A stretch of 48,261 bases of DNA from Aquaticitalea sp. Lineage in GTDB: Bacteria; Bacteroidota; Bacteroidia; Flavobacteriales; Flavobacteriaceae. The notes below the pieces were generated by a model, which searched no databases, was not told the DNA's origin, and saw nothing but the letters and a program-made list of their open reading frames with translations. The translations under genes were made by a program, and so were the position numbers. Every line of letters starts with the position of its first letter. Within the stretch, counting starts at the first letter, position 1. The DNA lies in assembly GCA_041748055.1 (NCBI GenBank), contig JBGTDZ010000034.1, positions 1 through 48,261 of the forward strand, given 5' to 3'. This document shows positions 28,471 to 39,314 of this stretch, piece after piece.

Positions 28471-30384
28471 ATGGAAGAAAAAAAATTCGATATTCAATCC
28501 ATCATAGGATTTGTTCTTATTTTCGGAATATTATTGTTCATGCTGTATCAAAATCAGCCAACCCCGGAAGAACAGGCCGCCGAGAAAGCCAAACAGGAGC
28601 AATTGGTAAATGAACAAAAAGCAAAGGAAGCCAACCAAAAGAAGGATAGTTTCCAAACCCCTACAGTTGATGTTTCAAACGCAACGTCATCAGATTCTTT
28701 AAAGCTCGCAGCACTTAAAAACAGATTGGGGGCATTTGCATACGCTTCAACTCTGCCGTCCGCCAAAGATGAAACTACCGAAGTAAAAACAGATTTGTTG
28801 ACTTTAATATTCAGTAATAAAGGTGGCTTTTTGTCTGAAGTAAAACTTAACAAATATGTCAATTATGATTCGGTGCCTATTTACTTGATAAAGGATAATA
28901 ATGCATCCTTCAACATCTCCTTTGCAACAACCGATAATAGAAACCTCAGCACACAATACTTATATTTTCAGCCTACAGTAACCAAAAATGGCAGTAACAT
29001 AGTGGTGTCCATGAAGCTGAAGGTGTCGGAAAGTGATTTTTTGGAATATCGCTATGAGATTCGGCCAGACAACTATATGCTGAACTTTACCATCCGCTCA
29101 CAGGGCTTGAATGATGTCGTCAATACTTCCCAAGATGTCATGCTCGATTGGAAGATGAAAACCTTCCGGCATGATCAAAGCATCGCCTATGAAAATCGCT
29201 ATACCAGACTCACCTACCAATATGAAAATGGAGATAAAATTGATAAATTGTCTGAAGGTGATGGTGATGAGGAATTTGAAGAAGACGTCAATTGGTTATC
29301 CTATAGACAGCACTTTTTCAGTACTATTTTAGTTGCAGAAAAGCCGTTTAAGACCGCAAAGATTACCTCCAAAAATATGGTGGAAAATGATGAGATCGAT
29401 ACCTTGTACACCAAACTATACACATCCAAAGTGCCTTTGCGTGTTGCTTCTGGTGAAATCAATGAACCATTGCAATTTTATTTTGGCCCCACCGATAGTA
29501 AAATTCTTAAAAAATATGAGAATGACCTTGAAGAAAGTATCCCATTGGGATGGGGTATTTTTGGATGGATTAACAAAGCGTTATTCATTCCGTTGTTTGG
29601 GTTCTTAAGTTCCATAATGCCTTATGGCATAGCCATTATTGTGATGACAATCATTATAAAGATATTATTGTCATTCGTTCAGTACAAGCAATTTTTGTCA
29701 CAGGCTAAAATGCGTGTCCTAAAACCTGAATTGGATGCCATCAGGTCAAAGTACAAAGACAACAAATTGAAAGCCCAACAAGAAACGATGGCCTTGCAGA
29801 ACAAAGCTGGAGCAAGTCCCTTCAGTGGGTGCTTACCAGGACTGATGCAGATTCCAGTATTTTATGCCCTGTTCATGTTCTTCCCAACAGCGTTTGATTT
29901 AAGACAGAAAAGTTTTCTATGGGCAGACGATTTATCGTCCTATGATGTAATTGCCCAACTGCCTTTCACAATTCCGTTATATGGTGCCCATGTGAGTTTG
30001 TTCCCAATTTTGGCGGCCATTGCAATTTTCTTCTATATGAAAATGACCACAGGAGATCAGATGGCAGCACAGCCTGTACAGGAAGGCATGCCTGATATGA
30101 CAAAAATAATGAAGTACATGATTTATTTCTCCCCGATATTGATGTTGGTATTCTTTAACCAATATGCATCAGGCTTGAGTTTGTACTATTTCATTTCCAA
30201 TTTAATCAGTATCGGAATTTTGTTGGTCATCAAGAATTATATCTTGGATGAAGATAAAATCCATGCACAGATTCAGGTGAGTAAAGCCAAACCAAAAAAA
30301 CAGAACCGTTTCCAACAGAAAATGCAGGAGATGATGGAGCAGGCAGAGCAGCAAAAACAATCACAACAGAAACGTAAGAAGTAA
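28471..30384 (+). CDS. yidC: Membrane protein insertase YidC
   Basis: N-terminal TM, periplasmic domain, GCLP.L.Q.P, FLWA.DLS and GL.LY..ISN motifs. Confidence 0.95.
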   Translation: MEEKKFDIQSIIGFVLIFGILLFMLYQNQPTPEEQAAEKAKQEQLVNEQKAKEANQKKDSFQTPTVDVSNATSSDSLKLAALKNRLGAFAYASTLPSAKDETTEVKTDLLTLIFSNKGGFLSEVKLNKYVNYDSVPIYLIKDNNASFNISFATTDNRNLSTQYLYFQPTVTKNGSNIVVSMKLKVSESDFLEYRYEIRPDNYMLNFTIRSQGLNDVVNTSQDVMLDWKMKTFRHDQSIAYENRYTRLTYQYENGDKIDKLSEGDGDEEFEEDVNWLSYRQHFFSTILVAEKPFKTAKITSKNMVENDEIDTLYTKLYTSKVPLRVASGEINEPLQFYFGPTDSKILKKYENDLEESIPLGWGIFGWINKALFIPLFGFLSSIMPYGIAIIVMTIIIKILLSFVQYKQFLSQAKMRVLKPELDAIRSKYKDNKLKAQQETMALQNKAGASPFSGCLPGLMQIPVFYALFMFFPTAFDLRQKSFLWADDLSSYDVIAQLPFTIPLYGAHVSLFPILAAIAIFFYMKMTTGDQMAAQPVQEGMPDMTKIMKYMIYFSPILMLVFFNQYASGLSLYYFISNLISIGILLVIKNYILDEDKIHAQIQVSKAKPKKQNRFQQKMQEMMEQAEQQKQSQQKRKK

Positions 30385-30416
30385 AAACTATCAAAAAAGA
30401 AAAATTCAACGATCCC

Positions 30417-30551
30417 ATGTTTTTGGTTATTCTTTTCATGTTGGTTAATGTCATTAACGAATGGATAGAGAATAAAGTGGCATCCAATATTTTGGGTGCA
30501 ATTGGCATCGGACTGTTCATCCTGGCAGTTGTAAAATATTTTAGAAGTTGA
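30417..30551 (+). CDS. Possible 44-aa two-helix membrane microprotein
   Basis: MFLVILFMLVNVINEWIENKVASNILGAIGIGLFILAVVKYFRS*; below the ORF track cutoff; sits between yidC and the terminator. Confidence 0.4.
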   Translation: MFLVILFMLVNVINEWIENKVASNILGAIGIGLFILAVVKYFRS

Positions 30552-30584
30552 TACATCATTAAACACATTCACATAAAACAACAA

Positions 30585-30606
30585 AGCCTCCAAAATATTG
30601 GAGGCT
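30585..30606. terminator. Probable bidirectional intrinsic terminator
   Basis: AGCCTCCAA-AATA-TTGGAGGCT perfect 9-bp stem between convergent genes, A-rich on the left and T-rich on the right. Confidence 0.75.
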
Positions 30607-30657
30607 CTGTCTTTTGTAACTAATCAACTAAACAACAATAAAAACTTTCTTTTTCAT

Positions 30658-31647
30658 TTATTGTGGCGGTAAAATAACCTTATCTATCGCGTGTACTACG
30701 CCATTGCTGGCCTGTATATCTACAAGTGATGGGATAATGTTACTTACTCTATTATTGGCATCAGTAAGGGTTAAATTAGAAGCATCCAATGTAATATTGC
30801 CTCCCAAAGTTGGCACCGCACCAGACGTTAAATCACTAGAACGTACATTGGCACCTACAACGTGATACAATAAAACAGCTTGAACGGTTGCTGGTGGAAC
30901 GTCACCCAAGCCAGTGTTGCCTGAAGGGTCTAATTCCAATAACAAATTTCCAAAAGCTGCGTCTGTTGGAGCAAAGACCGTGAAAGGACCAGTTCCTGAT
31001 AGGGTTCCAATTAAATTTGGAGAAGGCGTTTGTGAATCGGCTGATTGCAAAGCTGCAACCAAATTGGTCAATGCAGGATTTGCCAAGGCAAAAGTAACAA
31101 CGGTTGGAAGTCCTATAACTGCATCCACAATATGCACTATTCCATTTGATGCCATCACATCAGCTGTACTTACTGACGATACGCCATTAAATCTAACCCC
31201 GCTTGAAGTATTAAAATAAATACTCATTGGATTTCCTCCTGCACCTGTAGCGTTCGTAGTAGTATAACCTGAACCCAATCCTGCCAAATCAGTTGAAGAT
31301 ACATTGCCTGATATCACATGATTCAACAAGATTTGAGAAAGTACATTAGTGGGTACATCCTCCAAGCTTGCAAATCCATTTGCCGAAAGAAAGGCAGTAA
31401 ATGCTGCATTAGTTGGGGCCAGAACAGTAAATGGACCACTTCCATTCAGTACATTGACCAAATTGCCGTCGGCTGCTTGCAATGCGGCTACCAAACTACT
31501 TAATGAGGGTGTCGCCAGTGCGGTTTCCACAATTGTTAATTCTTGTGGTTGAGGTGTTGAGTTATCGTCATCATCGCTGCATGATGAAAATATAAATACC
31601 ATTAAAAGTATTGGTATAATCTTTGTTAAATTTGAAATAATTTTCAT
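30658..31647 (-). CDS. Fasciclin (FAS1) domain lipoprotein, two domains
   Basis: GPFTV.APT.AAF, LL.HV and ASNG.VH.ID.V motifs, each twice; lipobox FSSC followed by SDDDD. Confidence 0.92.
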   Translation of the reverse strand: MKIISNLTKIIPILLMVFIFSSCSDDDDNSTPQPQELTIVETALATPSLSSLVAALQAADGNLVNVLNGSGPFTVLAPTNAAFTAFLSANGFASLEDVPTNVLSQILLNHVISGNVSSTDLAGLGSGYTTTNATGAGGNPMSIYFNTSSGVRFNGVSSVSTADVMASNGIVHIVDAVIGLPTVVTFALANPALTNLVAALQSADSQTPSPNLIGTLSGTGPFTVFAPTDAAFGNLLLELDPSGNTGLGDVPPATVQAVLLYHVVGANVRSSDLTSGAVPTLGGNITLDASNLTLTDANNRVSNIIPSLVDIQASNGVVHAIDKVILPPQ

Positions 31648-31689
31648 TGTTTTGAGTTTTAAATAGAGTTAATATTAATTTTTGTCTAA

Positions 31690-31697
31690 CAAATTTA
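31690..31697 (-). promoter_or_regulatory. Possible -7 element for the fasciclin gene
   Basis: CAAATTTA on plus equals TAAATTTG on minus, about 43 nt upstream of the start. Confidence 0.45.
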
Positions 31698-31701
31698 CAT
31701 A

Positions 31702-32409
31702 ATGATTAAACAAAATATCATTTTAAATATATTTTTAACATTAATTTTAACAAATGTTAGGGCGCAGTCCATCAATCAATTAAATGATAACGGTGAGCGA
31801 CATGGAGTATGGAAAAAGAATTTTGAAAAAACCGATCAACCAAAATACGAAGGCGCATTTGAGAACGGCAAGGAAGTTGGAACCTTTAAATTCTACAAAC
31901 TAGTTGAAGGTAAAAGCAAGTTAAGTGCGACACGTGAATTTCTGCCTGATAGTGATAACATCAATGTAAAGTTTTTTTCTTCCAAAGGGAAATTAATCAG
32001 CGAAGGCATGATGAAGGATAAGATCTACTTTGGAAACTGGGTGTATTATCAGAATAAATCCAAAGGAATTTTGATGACAGAGAATTATAATGACAGAGGG
32101 ATTCTGGAAGGTGAAAAATTGGTATATTATGAGAATGGAAAAGTTGCCGAAAGGGCGATTTATGTAAATGGAGCAATTGATGGCATCTCCACATGGTACT
32201 CAGAAAAAGGAACTGTTCTAAAAGAATTTACATATAACAATGGGGAACTTCACGGCATGGCAAAATATTATGACAGTGATGGCAGAATGCTGGCGGAAGG
32301 TAGTTATAGAAACGACAAAAAATACGGCACTTGGAAATACTACGAGAATGGTGAATTCAAGGAAGAAAAAGACTATACCATTAACAGTAAAAATCCGAAG
32401 AAGCAGTAA
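31702..32409 (+). CDS. MORN-variant repeat (YwqK-like) secreted protein
   Basis: Repeated G.W..YY.NG....EG.Y motifs; signal peptide. Confidence 0.8.
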   Translation: MIKQNIILNIFLTLILTNVRAQSINQLNDNGERHGVWKKNFEKTDQPKYEGAFENGKEVGTFKFYKLVEGKSKLSATREFLPDSDNINVKFFSSKGKLISEGMMKDKIYFGNWVYYQNKSKGILMTENYNDRGILEGEKLVYYENGKVAERAIYVNGAIDGISTWYSEKGTVLKEFTYNNGELHGMAKYYDSDGRMLAEGSYRNDKKYGTWKYYENGEFKEEKDYTINSKNPKKQ

Positions 32410-32502
32410 TCCCAATGATCAGTTTTCAGTCTCAGTTTTCATTCATGACGGTCATTTAAAGTCATTTAAAGGTTCCTTTTCTCCTTTGCGAGAAATAATT
32501 CT

Positions 32503-32510
32503 TAATTTTG
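32503..32510 (+). promoter_or_regulatory. Possible -7 element upstream of mnmA
   Basis: TAATTTTG directly before the ATG. Confidence 0.45.
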
Positions 32511-32514
32511 CTGC

Positions 32515-33702
32515 ATGAAAAGAGTAATATTAGGACTTTCCGGTGGTGTGGATTCGAGCGTTGCAGCCTTTTTGTTAAAAGAGCAAGGTTACGAAGTCAT
32601 CGGACTGTTCATGAAGAATTGGCATGATGATTCTGTAACCATCAGCAACGAATGTCCTTGGCTGGATGACAGTAATGACGCCATGTTGGTTGCCGACAAA
32701 CTGGGAATTCCATTCCAAACGATTGATTTGAGCGAACAATATAAAGAACGTATCGTTGACTATATGTTCAACGAGTACCAAAAAGGCCGTACCCCAAACC
32801 CTGATGTCCTCTGCAATCGCGAGATCAAGTTTGATGTCTTTATGAAGATTGCCTTGGATTTGGGAGCAGATTTCGTAGCCACAGGCCATTATTGCAGAAA
32901 AGGAACCATTCAAAAGGATGGAAAAGAAGTCTATCAATTGCTGAAAGGTGTTGATGACAACAAAGATCAATCCTATTTTCTTTGTCAATTGTCACAAGAG
33001 CAATTGTCAAAATCCTTATTCCCAATTGGGGAGTTGACCAAACCCGAAGTACGGGAGATTGCAACCAAATTGGATTTGGTAACAGCCAATAAAAAGGATT
33101 CTCAAGGCTTATGCTTCATTGGAAAAGTAAAACTACCCGATTTTCTTCAACAGCAATTGCAGCCAAAGGAAGGTGTGATTGTGGAAATTTCAGAGGATCA
33201 AAATTTCTATCATCAAGAAGCCCCCACTTTTTCTACAATACAGGAAAAACTACAATATTTATCTAGAAAAATTGAGTATTCAATTTCGGATGGCAAAATT
33301 ATGGGCAAACATCAAGGCGCTCATTATTTTACCAAAGGTCAGCGCAAGGGCTTGGCAGTCGGAGGCACAATTGAACCACTTTTTGTTATTGACACTGACG
33401 TCGAGGATAATGTCATTTATACCGGTCAAGGCAAAGAGCATCCAGGTTTGTTGAAAAAAGCATTATTTGTAAAAGAGGATGAATTACATTGGATACGTGA
33501 AGATTTGGCATTGAAAATAGATGAAACCATGTCTGTTAAAGCAAGGATCCGTTACCGTCAGCCGCTGCAAAATGCAACAATTCATAGGGTTGACAGCGGA
33601 TTGTATGTGGAGTTTGAAGAATGTCAATCAGCCATAACAGAAGGACAGTTCGTAGCTTGGTATTTGGAAGGTGAATTAGTTGGTTCGGGAGTTATTTCTT
33701 AA
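32515..33702 (+). CDS. mnmA: tRNA 2-thiouridine(34) synthase MnmA
   Basis: [31 protein letters not shown] and KKDSQGLCF. Confidence 0.97.
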   Translation: MKRVILGLSGGVDSSVAAFLLKEQGYEVIGLFMKNWHDDSVTISNECPWLDDSNDAMLVADKLGIPFQTIDLSEQYKERIVDYMFNEYQKGRTPNPDVLCNREIKFDVFMKIALDLGADFVATGHYCRKGTIQKDGKEVYQLLKGVDDNKDQSYFLCQLSQEQLSKSLFPIGELTKPEVREIATKLDLVTANKKDSQGLCFIGKVKLPDFLQQQLQPKEGVIVEISEDQNFYHQEAPTFSTIQEKLQYLSRKIEYSISDGKIMGKHQGAHYFTKGQRKGLAVGGTIEPLFVIDTDVEDNVIYTGQGKEHPGLLKKALFVKEDELHWIREDLALKIDETMSVKARIRYRQPLQNATIHRVDSGLYVEFEECQSAITEGQFVAWYLEGELVGSGVIS

Positions 33703-33762
33703 ATTGCATTGCTATGATGGCCTTTTCATTCAGGACATGACAAGGTGTTTTTAATTATCCCA

Positions 33763-35376
33763 ATGAAAACAAAATTACTTTTACTCATCCTAATGAGCTT
33801 TCAAACTGTGATGTTTGCACAACAGGATGCTTGGATTTATCTCACTGATAAAGAAAACGTTTCAGCTTCCATTCAAAATCCGATTTCCATACTTTCCCAA
33901 AATGCCATCAACAGGAAAAATGCCCATGGCATCGCCATTGACACGCGCGATGTGCCTGTCAACGAGAATTATGTTGCGCAACTAAAAACCCAAACAGGGA
34001 TCACGGTCTTGGCAAAATCCAAATGGTTCAATGCGGTGCATGTGCAAGGAAGTGAAGAAGATATAAATGCTTTGACAGTTTTGTCTTTTGTGGCTACAAT
34101 TGATTTTGCTGATAACAGTTTGGATACCTCAGGACGTAGTTTACAACAGCACAATAGATTTGAAGACGAGGCAACCTTAGTCGATTTTAACTACGGATCT
34201 GCACAAAACCAAGTGGAGATGATCAATATCGATGCCCTGCACAGTTTGGATTATACGGGCGAAGGCATTGTCATTGCTATATTGGATTCGGGTTTCCCAA
34301 ATGTGAATACAATGGGAGCATTTCAAAGATTGAGGGATAATGGCGATTTGTTGGATGCATATGACTTTGTGGACAGGACTCCAAACATTTATGCTTATGC
34401 TGGGAACACGCATGGAACCATTGTTTTGAGTACCATGGCTGCATATATTCAAGACGCATACGTTGGTACTGCACCCGATGCTTCATATTATTTATTTCGC
34501 ACGGAAGATGCCGCATCAGAAAACCCCGTGGAGGAAAGCTATTGGGTAGAAGCTGCGGAAAGGGCAGACAGTCTAGGGGTGCATGTCATCAATTCTTCGC
34601 TGGGATACACAGTTTATGACAATCCAAACTATAGTTATACGCCAAGTGATATGGATGGTATGACTGCATTTATCTCTAGAGGAGCAAACATAGCTGCCGA
34701 AAAGGGCATTTTAGTTGTCAATTCAGCGGGAAATTCTGGAAACGACACTTGGCAAGTAGTAATTGCGCCAGCTGATGCTCCAGGTGTTTTTTCGATTGGT
34801 GGTGTCGATGCTGAGGGGAATTATGCAAGTTTCAGTTCTCAGGGCAGTGCAATCCAACCCACCCAAAAACCGGATGTGGTGGCTAGGGCTTTGGGCACTT
34901 TTGTAGTAAATCCGAATGACGTCATTTCCTCTACCAATGGAACTTCGTTCAGTTCGCCACTCATTGCCGGCGCAGTAGCTTGTTTGATGCAGGCCTTGCC
35001 AAATTTAAACATTGATCAAATCAAACAATATATAAGACAATCTGCTTCACAATATAATTCCCCTGACTATTTACTGGGGTTTGGCATTCCAGATTTCGGA
35101 TTGGCTCTGAGCAATGCCTTGTCCGTCGAAGAAGCAAATTTTGAAACGGTAAAAGTCTATCCAAATCCGGTAAAGGATATGCTTTATCTTCAATTACCGT
35201 CAACTTTTGAAACTTCGCAAATGACTATTTTTGATGTCACTGGAAAATTGATCTTGCAAAAAACTTTGACAATGTCTCAAGAAAATATAGACATTGCTTC
35301 ATTTGCTTCGGGTTTATATATCTTGAACCTTCAATCCGAACAAGAGTCAATTTCTGTAAAATTGATCAAACAATAA
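33763..35376 (+). CDS. S8 subtilisin-like serine peptidase with T9SS type A sorting domain
   Basis: LDSG, HGT, SAGNSG and GTSFSSP motifs; C-terminal VYPNP..D...G.YIL...KLIK. Confidence 0.92.
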   Translation: MKTKLLLLILMSFQTVMFAQQDAWIYLTDKENVSASIQNPISILSQNAINRKNAHGIAIDTRDVPVNENYVAQLKTQTGITVLAKSKWFNAVHVQGSEEDINALTVLSFVATIDFADNSLDTSGRSLQQHNRFEDEATLVDFNYGSAQNQVEMINIDALHSLDYTGEGIVIAILDSGFPNVNTMGAFQRLRDNGDLLDAYDFVDRTPNIYAYAGNTHGTIVLSTMAAYIQDAYVGTAPDASYYLFRTEDAASENPVEESYWVEAAERADSLGVHVINSSLGYTVYDNPNYSYTPSDMDGMTAFISRGANIAAEKGILVVNSAGNSGNDTWQVVIAPADAPGVFSIGGVDAEGNYASFSSQGSAIQPTQKPDVVARALGTFVVNPNDVISSTNGTSFSSPLIAGAVACLMQALPNLNIDQIKQYIRQSASQYNSPDYLLGFGIPDFGLALSNALSVEEANFETVKVYPNPVKDMLYLQLPSTFETSQMTIFDVTGKLILQKTLTMSQENIDIASFASGLYILNLQSEQESISVKLIKQ

Positions 35377-36324
35377 ATGTCAAATAAAATAACTTCCCTT
35401 TTTAATATACAATATCCCATAGTACAAGCTGGAATGATATGGGCAAGTGGTTGGAGATTGGCCTCTGCTTCCAGCAATGCCGGTATTTTGGGATTGATTG
35501 GGGCAGGATCTATGTATCCTGAAGTCTTGCGGGAACACATCCAAAAATGTAAAAAGGCGACAAACAAACCTTTTGGTGTGAATGTGCCCTTGCTATACCC
35601 GAATATTGAAGGTATTATGGAAATCATTGAAGAAGAAGGAGTTAAAATAGTGTTCACTTCTGCGGGAAATCCGAATACATGGACGAAATGGTTAAAGGAA
35701 CGTGGCATCTCAGTTATCCATGTGGTCAGCAGTGTCAAATTTGCATTGAAAGCACAGGACGCAGGAGTTGACGCCGTGGTTGCTGAGGGTTTTGAAGCCG
35801 GAGGACACAATGGTCGCGAAGAAACAACTACCTTAACATTGATTCCCATGGTCAGCGAGCAATTGCAGATTCCATTGATTGCAGCTGGGGGCATTGCGAC
35901 AGGACAGGCGATGTTGGCAACGATGATTTTGGGTGCGGATGGCGTACAGATTGGCAGTCGTTTTGTCGCCAGTGATGAAGCTTCTTCGCATCCCAATTTT
36001 AAAAATTTGGTTGTCAATTCCAAAGAAGGCGACACGCATTTGACCTTAAAGGAATTAGCGCCTGTAAGGATGATAAAAAACAAGTTCTATAATGACCTTC
36101 AGGATTTGTATAAAAAGGGAGCAACTGTTAACGATCTGCAGACCTTATTGGGAAGGGCAAGGGCAAAAAGAGGCATGTTTGAAGGCGACTTGGAGGAGGG
36201 TGAACTGGAAATAGGTCAAATTGCTGGATTGATTCATGATATAAAGCCAGTATCCAAAATTGTAGAAGATTTATTGGATGAGTTTGAGCAAGCAAAACAG
36301 GGAATCAAGGATTTTTCATGGTAG
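35377..36324 (+). CDS. Nitronate monooxygenase / FabK-like flavin oxidoreductase
   Basis: YPIVQAGM, EG.EAGGH, IAAGGI and GADGVQIG.RF. Confidence 0.88.
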   Translation: MSNKITSLFNIQYPIVQAGMIWASGWRLASASSNAGILGLIGAGSMYPEVLREHIQKCKKATNKPFGVNVPLLYPNIEGIMEIIEEEGVKIVFTSAGNPNTWTKWLKERGISVIHVVSSVKFALKAQDAGVDAVVAEGFEAGGHNGREETTTLTLIPMVSEQLQIPLIAAGGIATGQAMLATMILGADGVQIGSRFVASDEASSHPNFKNLVVNSKEGDTHLTLKELAPVRMIKNKFYNDLQDLYKKGATVNDLQTLLGRARAKRGMFEGDLEEGELEIGQIAGLIHDIKPVSKIVEDLLDEFEQAKQGIKDFSW

Positions 36325-37249
36325 AAATCCCATCCAGAGACACTTTGTATAATCTGCTCGAACCATTTTCATAACTATTGAATGTTTTTAACAATTCATC
36401 CAGATGCACTTGGGACTCAAACGTTGGTTTCAAGGCATTTCTTTTGCTTGTGAAATATAGCGTGTTGGTGATTTCATCCACAAAAGGACAATACTCCATT
36501 GTGGGGGTATTGATTTGGCTTCCCATGTTTTTTGAAGGATTCCATTCGCCATTTTCTGATTTGGTGCTCATATACAAATCACCACTTCCAAAGCCACCTT
36601 CTTTATTATAACCCGTATAAATTAGGTATGTTTCATCACTGGCTACGAAAGCATTAAATTCATAACCCTCAGAATTTACACTTTTTCCCAATTGTTTTGG
36701 TTGTTTGTATGTGCCATTGATGTATTCGCTCACATAGATATTGTCTTTTTGTTTCAATTCCAGATTGTCAAGGGTAAAATAAATGTTTTTGGAGTCTGTT
36801 ATTGCTGGATAAAATTCATCCATGTCTGTATTGATTGGCGCTCCAATGTTTACAGGTTGAGACCATTCACTGTCAAATGTTTTTCTTTCTACATACCAAA
36901 TATCAAAATCCTTAATAGTTTCAGAAGTTTGGTCCAGAGGACGATTGGAAACAAAAAAGAGTGTCAGACCATCTGTGGCAAAGAAAGGCTCCAAATCAAA
37001 ATATCGCCCGGAAAAAGATACTACTTCAGGTTGTTGCCATAGGTCATTCACTTTTTTTGTGCCGATCAAAACAGAAATATCTCCCATGACACTTTGAGCT
37101 GAAAACAATACTTCATTCTGGTTTTGGGTCATTGCCAAATCCCTTACGTTTGGAAATTGAGAGACAATAGTGTCCAAAAAGGGTTGAACCGATTGTGAGA
37201 ATGTATAGGAGTAAATGATAAAAACTAAGTAGGTAATAATGCGCTTCAT
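36305..37249 (-). CDS. PD40/TolB-like beta-propeller secreted protein
   Basis: Repeated P....DG..LFF.S.R, D.Y.S and W..P.N.G..IN motifs. Confidence 0.75.
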   Translation of the reverse strand: MKRIITYLVFIIYSYTFSQSVQPFLDTIVSQFPNVRDLAMTQNQNEVLFSAQSVMGDISVLIGTKKVNDLWQQPEVVSFSGRYFDLEPFFATDGLTLFFVSNRPLDQTSETIKDFDIWYVERKTFDSEWSQPVNIGAPINTDMDEFYPAITDSKNIYFTLDNLELKQKDNIYVSEYINGTYKQPKQLGKSVNSEGYEFNAFVASDETYLIYTGYNKEGGFGSGDLYMSTKSENGEWNPSKNMGSQINTPTMEYCPFVDEITNTLYFTSKRNALKPTFESQVHLDELLKTFNSYENGSSRLYKVSLDGISTMKNP

Positions 37250-37594
37250 AGGCTTTTACTTCGACAAATTAAATAAACACATTTTACAGTTTTAAGATTC
37301 TAGGTTTTTAGTAGACATAAAAACAAAAGGGAAAAATCTTTCAATATTAGTTTGAAACTTTTAACTTCAAATTTTGAATCCCTCTCAATTATAGCTAAAT
37401 CGTTTCCAAACAGTTAATTTAAATTCAGTAAATGAACTCGAAATCAATTTACTCTAAATTGTCTAAAGTAAAGTTAGGAAATTGTTTTGATTTCAAAGAT
37501 CAATTTACCTATACTTTGTTAACAACATGGTGTCAAACTATTTTGCATCTGGTAAAAATATATAATAAGTCTGTCATTTGGGTAGCCAAAAAAC

Positions 37595-37602
37595 TAACTT
37601 TG
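37595..37602 (+). promoter_or_regulatory. -7 element upstream of the MATE gene
   Basis: TAACTTTG about 18 nt before the GTG start. Confidence 0.55.
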
Positions 37603-37619
37603 CCTTTTAATTTTTAAAA

Positions 37620-39005
37620 GTGGTTTTTTCTAATTATACCAAAGAATTTAGGCGCAATTTTCAGCTCGCTACCCCAGTGATGTTGGGCATGCTGGGCCAT
37701 ACATTTGTTGGCCTGATTGATAATGTCATGGTAGGGCAATTGGGTTCTGCCGAATTGGCTGCCGTCTCTTTGGGAAACAGTTTCATCTTTGTGGCAATGT
37801 CCATCGGTATCGGATTTTCTATGGCCATAACGCCATTGGTTGCCGAAGCTGATTCCGAACTCGATTTTGAGAAAGGCAAATCCTCCTTCAAGCATGGTCT
37901 ATTTTTGTGTACTGTTTTGAGCATTTTGCTTTTCTTGTCACTCCTATTGGCAAAACCTTTGATGTATGTTATGGACCAACCAGAGGAAGTTGTTAAGTTG
38001 GCGATTCCATATTTGGATTTGGTAGGGCTTTCGTTGATTCCTTTGATTGTATTTCAAGCGTTCAAACAGTTCAGTGACGGATTGTCCTTGGTAAAATATC
38101 CTATGTATGCAACCATTGTGGCAAATATTTTGAATGTATTTTTTAACTACGTATTGATTTTTGGTAAACTTGGATTTCCAGAAATGGGCATCGTTGGCGC
38201 GGCTTTAGGAACATTGATCTCCCGTTTTGCAATGCTGATTTTTCTCTGGTGGTTGTTGAAATTGAGGCAGAAATCCAAGGCCTATGTCACACACATCAAA
38301 ATATTTGAATTGAGCAAATCCATGTTGCAGAAAGTATTTAATCAAGGGTTTCCTAGCTCCATGCAAATGTTTTTTGAAGTGCTTATATTTACTGCAGCGA
38401 TTTGGTTGAGCGGCACCTTGGGAAAAAATCCACAAGCAGCTAATCAGATTGCTCTCAATCTCTCTTCAATGACCTTTATGGTGGCTATGGGTTTGAGTGT
38501 TACGGCCATGATCCGTATAGGAAACCAAAAAGGACTTCAGAATTTCAAGGAATTACGTCGCATTGCTCATTCCATCTTTTTCATGGGGATTATTTTCGCC
38601 GTCATCTTTGCCTTGATGTTTCTGGCGTTTCATAATGTATTTCCAAAAATTTATGTCAATATGGATGACCCTGCAAATGCCATTGACAATGCTGAGGTCA
38701 TCAGCATTGCTTCAACCTTGCTGATAGCCGCAGCCGTGTTTCAGATCAGTGATAGTTTGCAAGTACTCGCCCTTGGCGCCTTGCGTGGGTTGCAGGATGT
38801 AAAAATCCCAACGATCATTACATTTATTTCCTATTGGGCCATAGGGTTTCCCATCAGTTATTTTTGTGGCAAGGAAGCCGTTCTGGGAAGTCTGGGGATT
38901 TGGCTCGGGTTGTTGGCAGGATTGACCAGTGCCGCGATTTTATTGTATATTAGATTTGATTATTTGACAAAGAAATTAATAAGATTGGAAGTGTCTAAAG
39001 TTTGA
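37620..39005 (+). CDS. MATE family efflux transporter (NorM-like)
   Basis: D..MVG.LG...LAA, G.PE.GI.GAA and FQI.D..Q....GALRG..D motifs; 12-TM pattern. Confidence 0.92.
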   Translation: MVFSNYTKEFRRNFQLATPVMLGMLGHTFVGLIDNVMVGQLGSAELAAVSLGNSFIFVAMSIGIGFSMAITPLVAEADSELDFEKGKSSFKHGLFLCTVLSILLFLSLLLAKPLMYVMDQPEEVVKLAIPYLDLVGLSLIPLIVFQAFKQFSDGLSLVKYPMYATIVANILNVFFNYVLIFGKLGFPEMGIVGAALGTLISRFAMLIFLWWLLKLRQKSKAYVTHIKIFELSKSMLQKVFNQGFPSSMQMFFEVLIFTAAIWLSGTLGKNPQAANQIALNLSSMTFMVAMGLSVTAMIRIGNQKGLQNFKELRRIAHSIFFMGIIFAVIFALMFLAFHNVFPKIYVNMDDPANAIDNAEVISIASTLLIAAAVFQISDSLQVLALGALRGLQDVKIPTIITFISYWAIGFPISYFCGKEAVLGSLGIWLGLLAGLTSAAILLYIRFDYLTKKLIRLEVSKV

Positions 39006-39086
39006 AAATAATTTTAGGAACTTTGAACATTTCACATTATTGCTAACTTTAGCCACTTTAAGTACTTAAAACTTATAACTCAAACA

Positions 39087-39314
39087 ATGGACTTACCAAA
39101 ATTTATCTTAGGCGACAATACGGATCATCCCGATGCCATTTACATCATTCATACCGAATTTCCACGTTTTATTTTGAATTTGGAAACCGACGATGTAGAG
39201 TGGTTGGAAGAGTTTGACGATCACGACGAAAAGGAAATCGCATCGGAAACTGAGAACCTAATTCAACAGGCAACCGATTTTTACGATAGGGAAATTGCAA
39301 GATACAACGAGTAA
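39087..39314 (+). CDS. Small acidic hypothetical protein
   Basis: Clean 75-aa ORF coupled to the next gene by TAATG. Confidence 0.7.
   Translation: MDLPKFILGDNTDHPDAIYIIHTEFPRFILNLETDDVEWLEEFDDHDEKEIASETENLIQQATDFYDREIARYNE

Noticed and set aside
31686-31760. TTAA(A)CA direct repeats as an operator for the fasciclin gene
   Set aside because: Irregular spacing in very AT-rich DNA that is partly coding; not distinguishable from chance.
31702-32409. Toxin-antitoxin system suggested by the YwqK-like label
   Set aside because: A secreted MORN-repeat protein with no adjacent toxin gene.
35331-36083. 250-aa minus-strand ORF and the many other antisense ORFs over core genes
   Set aside because: They overlap well-supported genes on the opposite strand or frame and show no motifs.
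37250-37594. ncRNA or riboswitch in the long intergenic region, and ORF 37432-37617
   Set aside because: AT-rich divergent promoter region with only weak inverted repeats and no recognisable RNA family.
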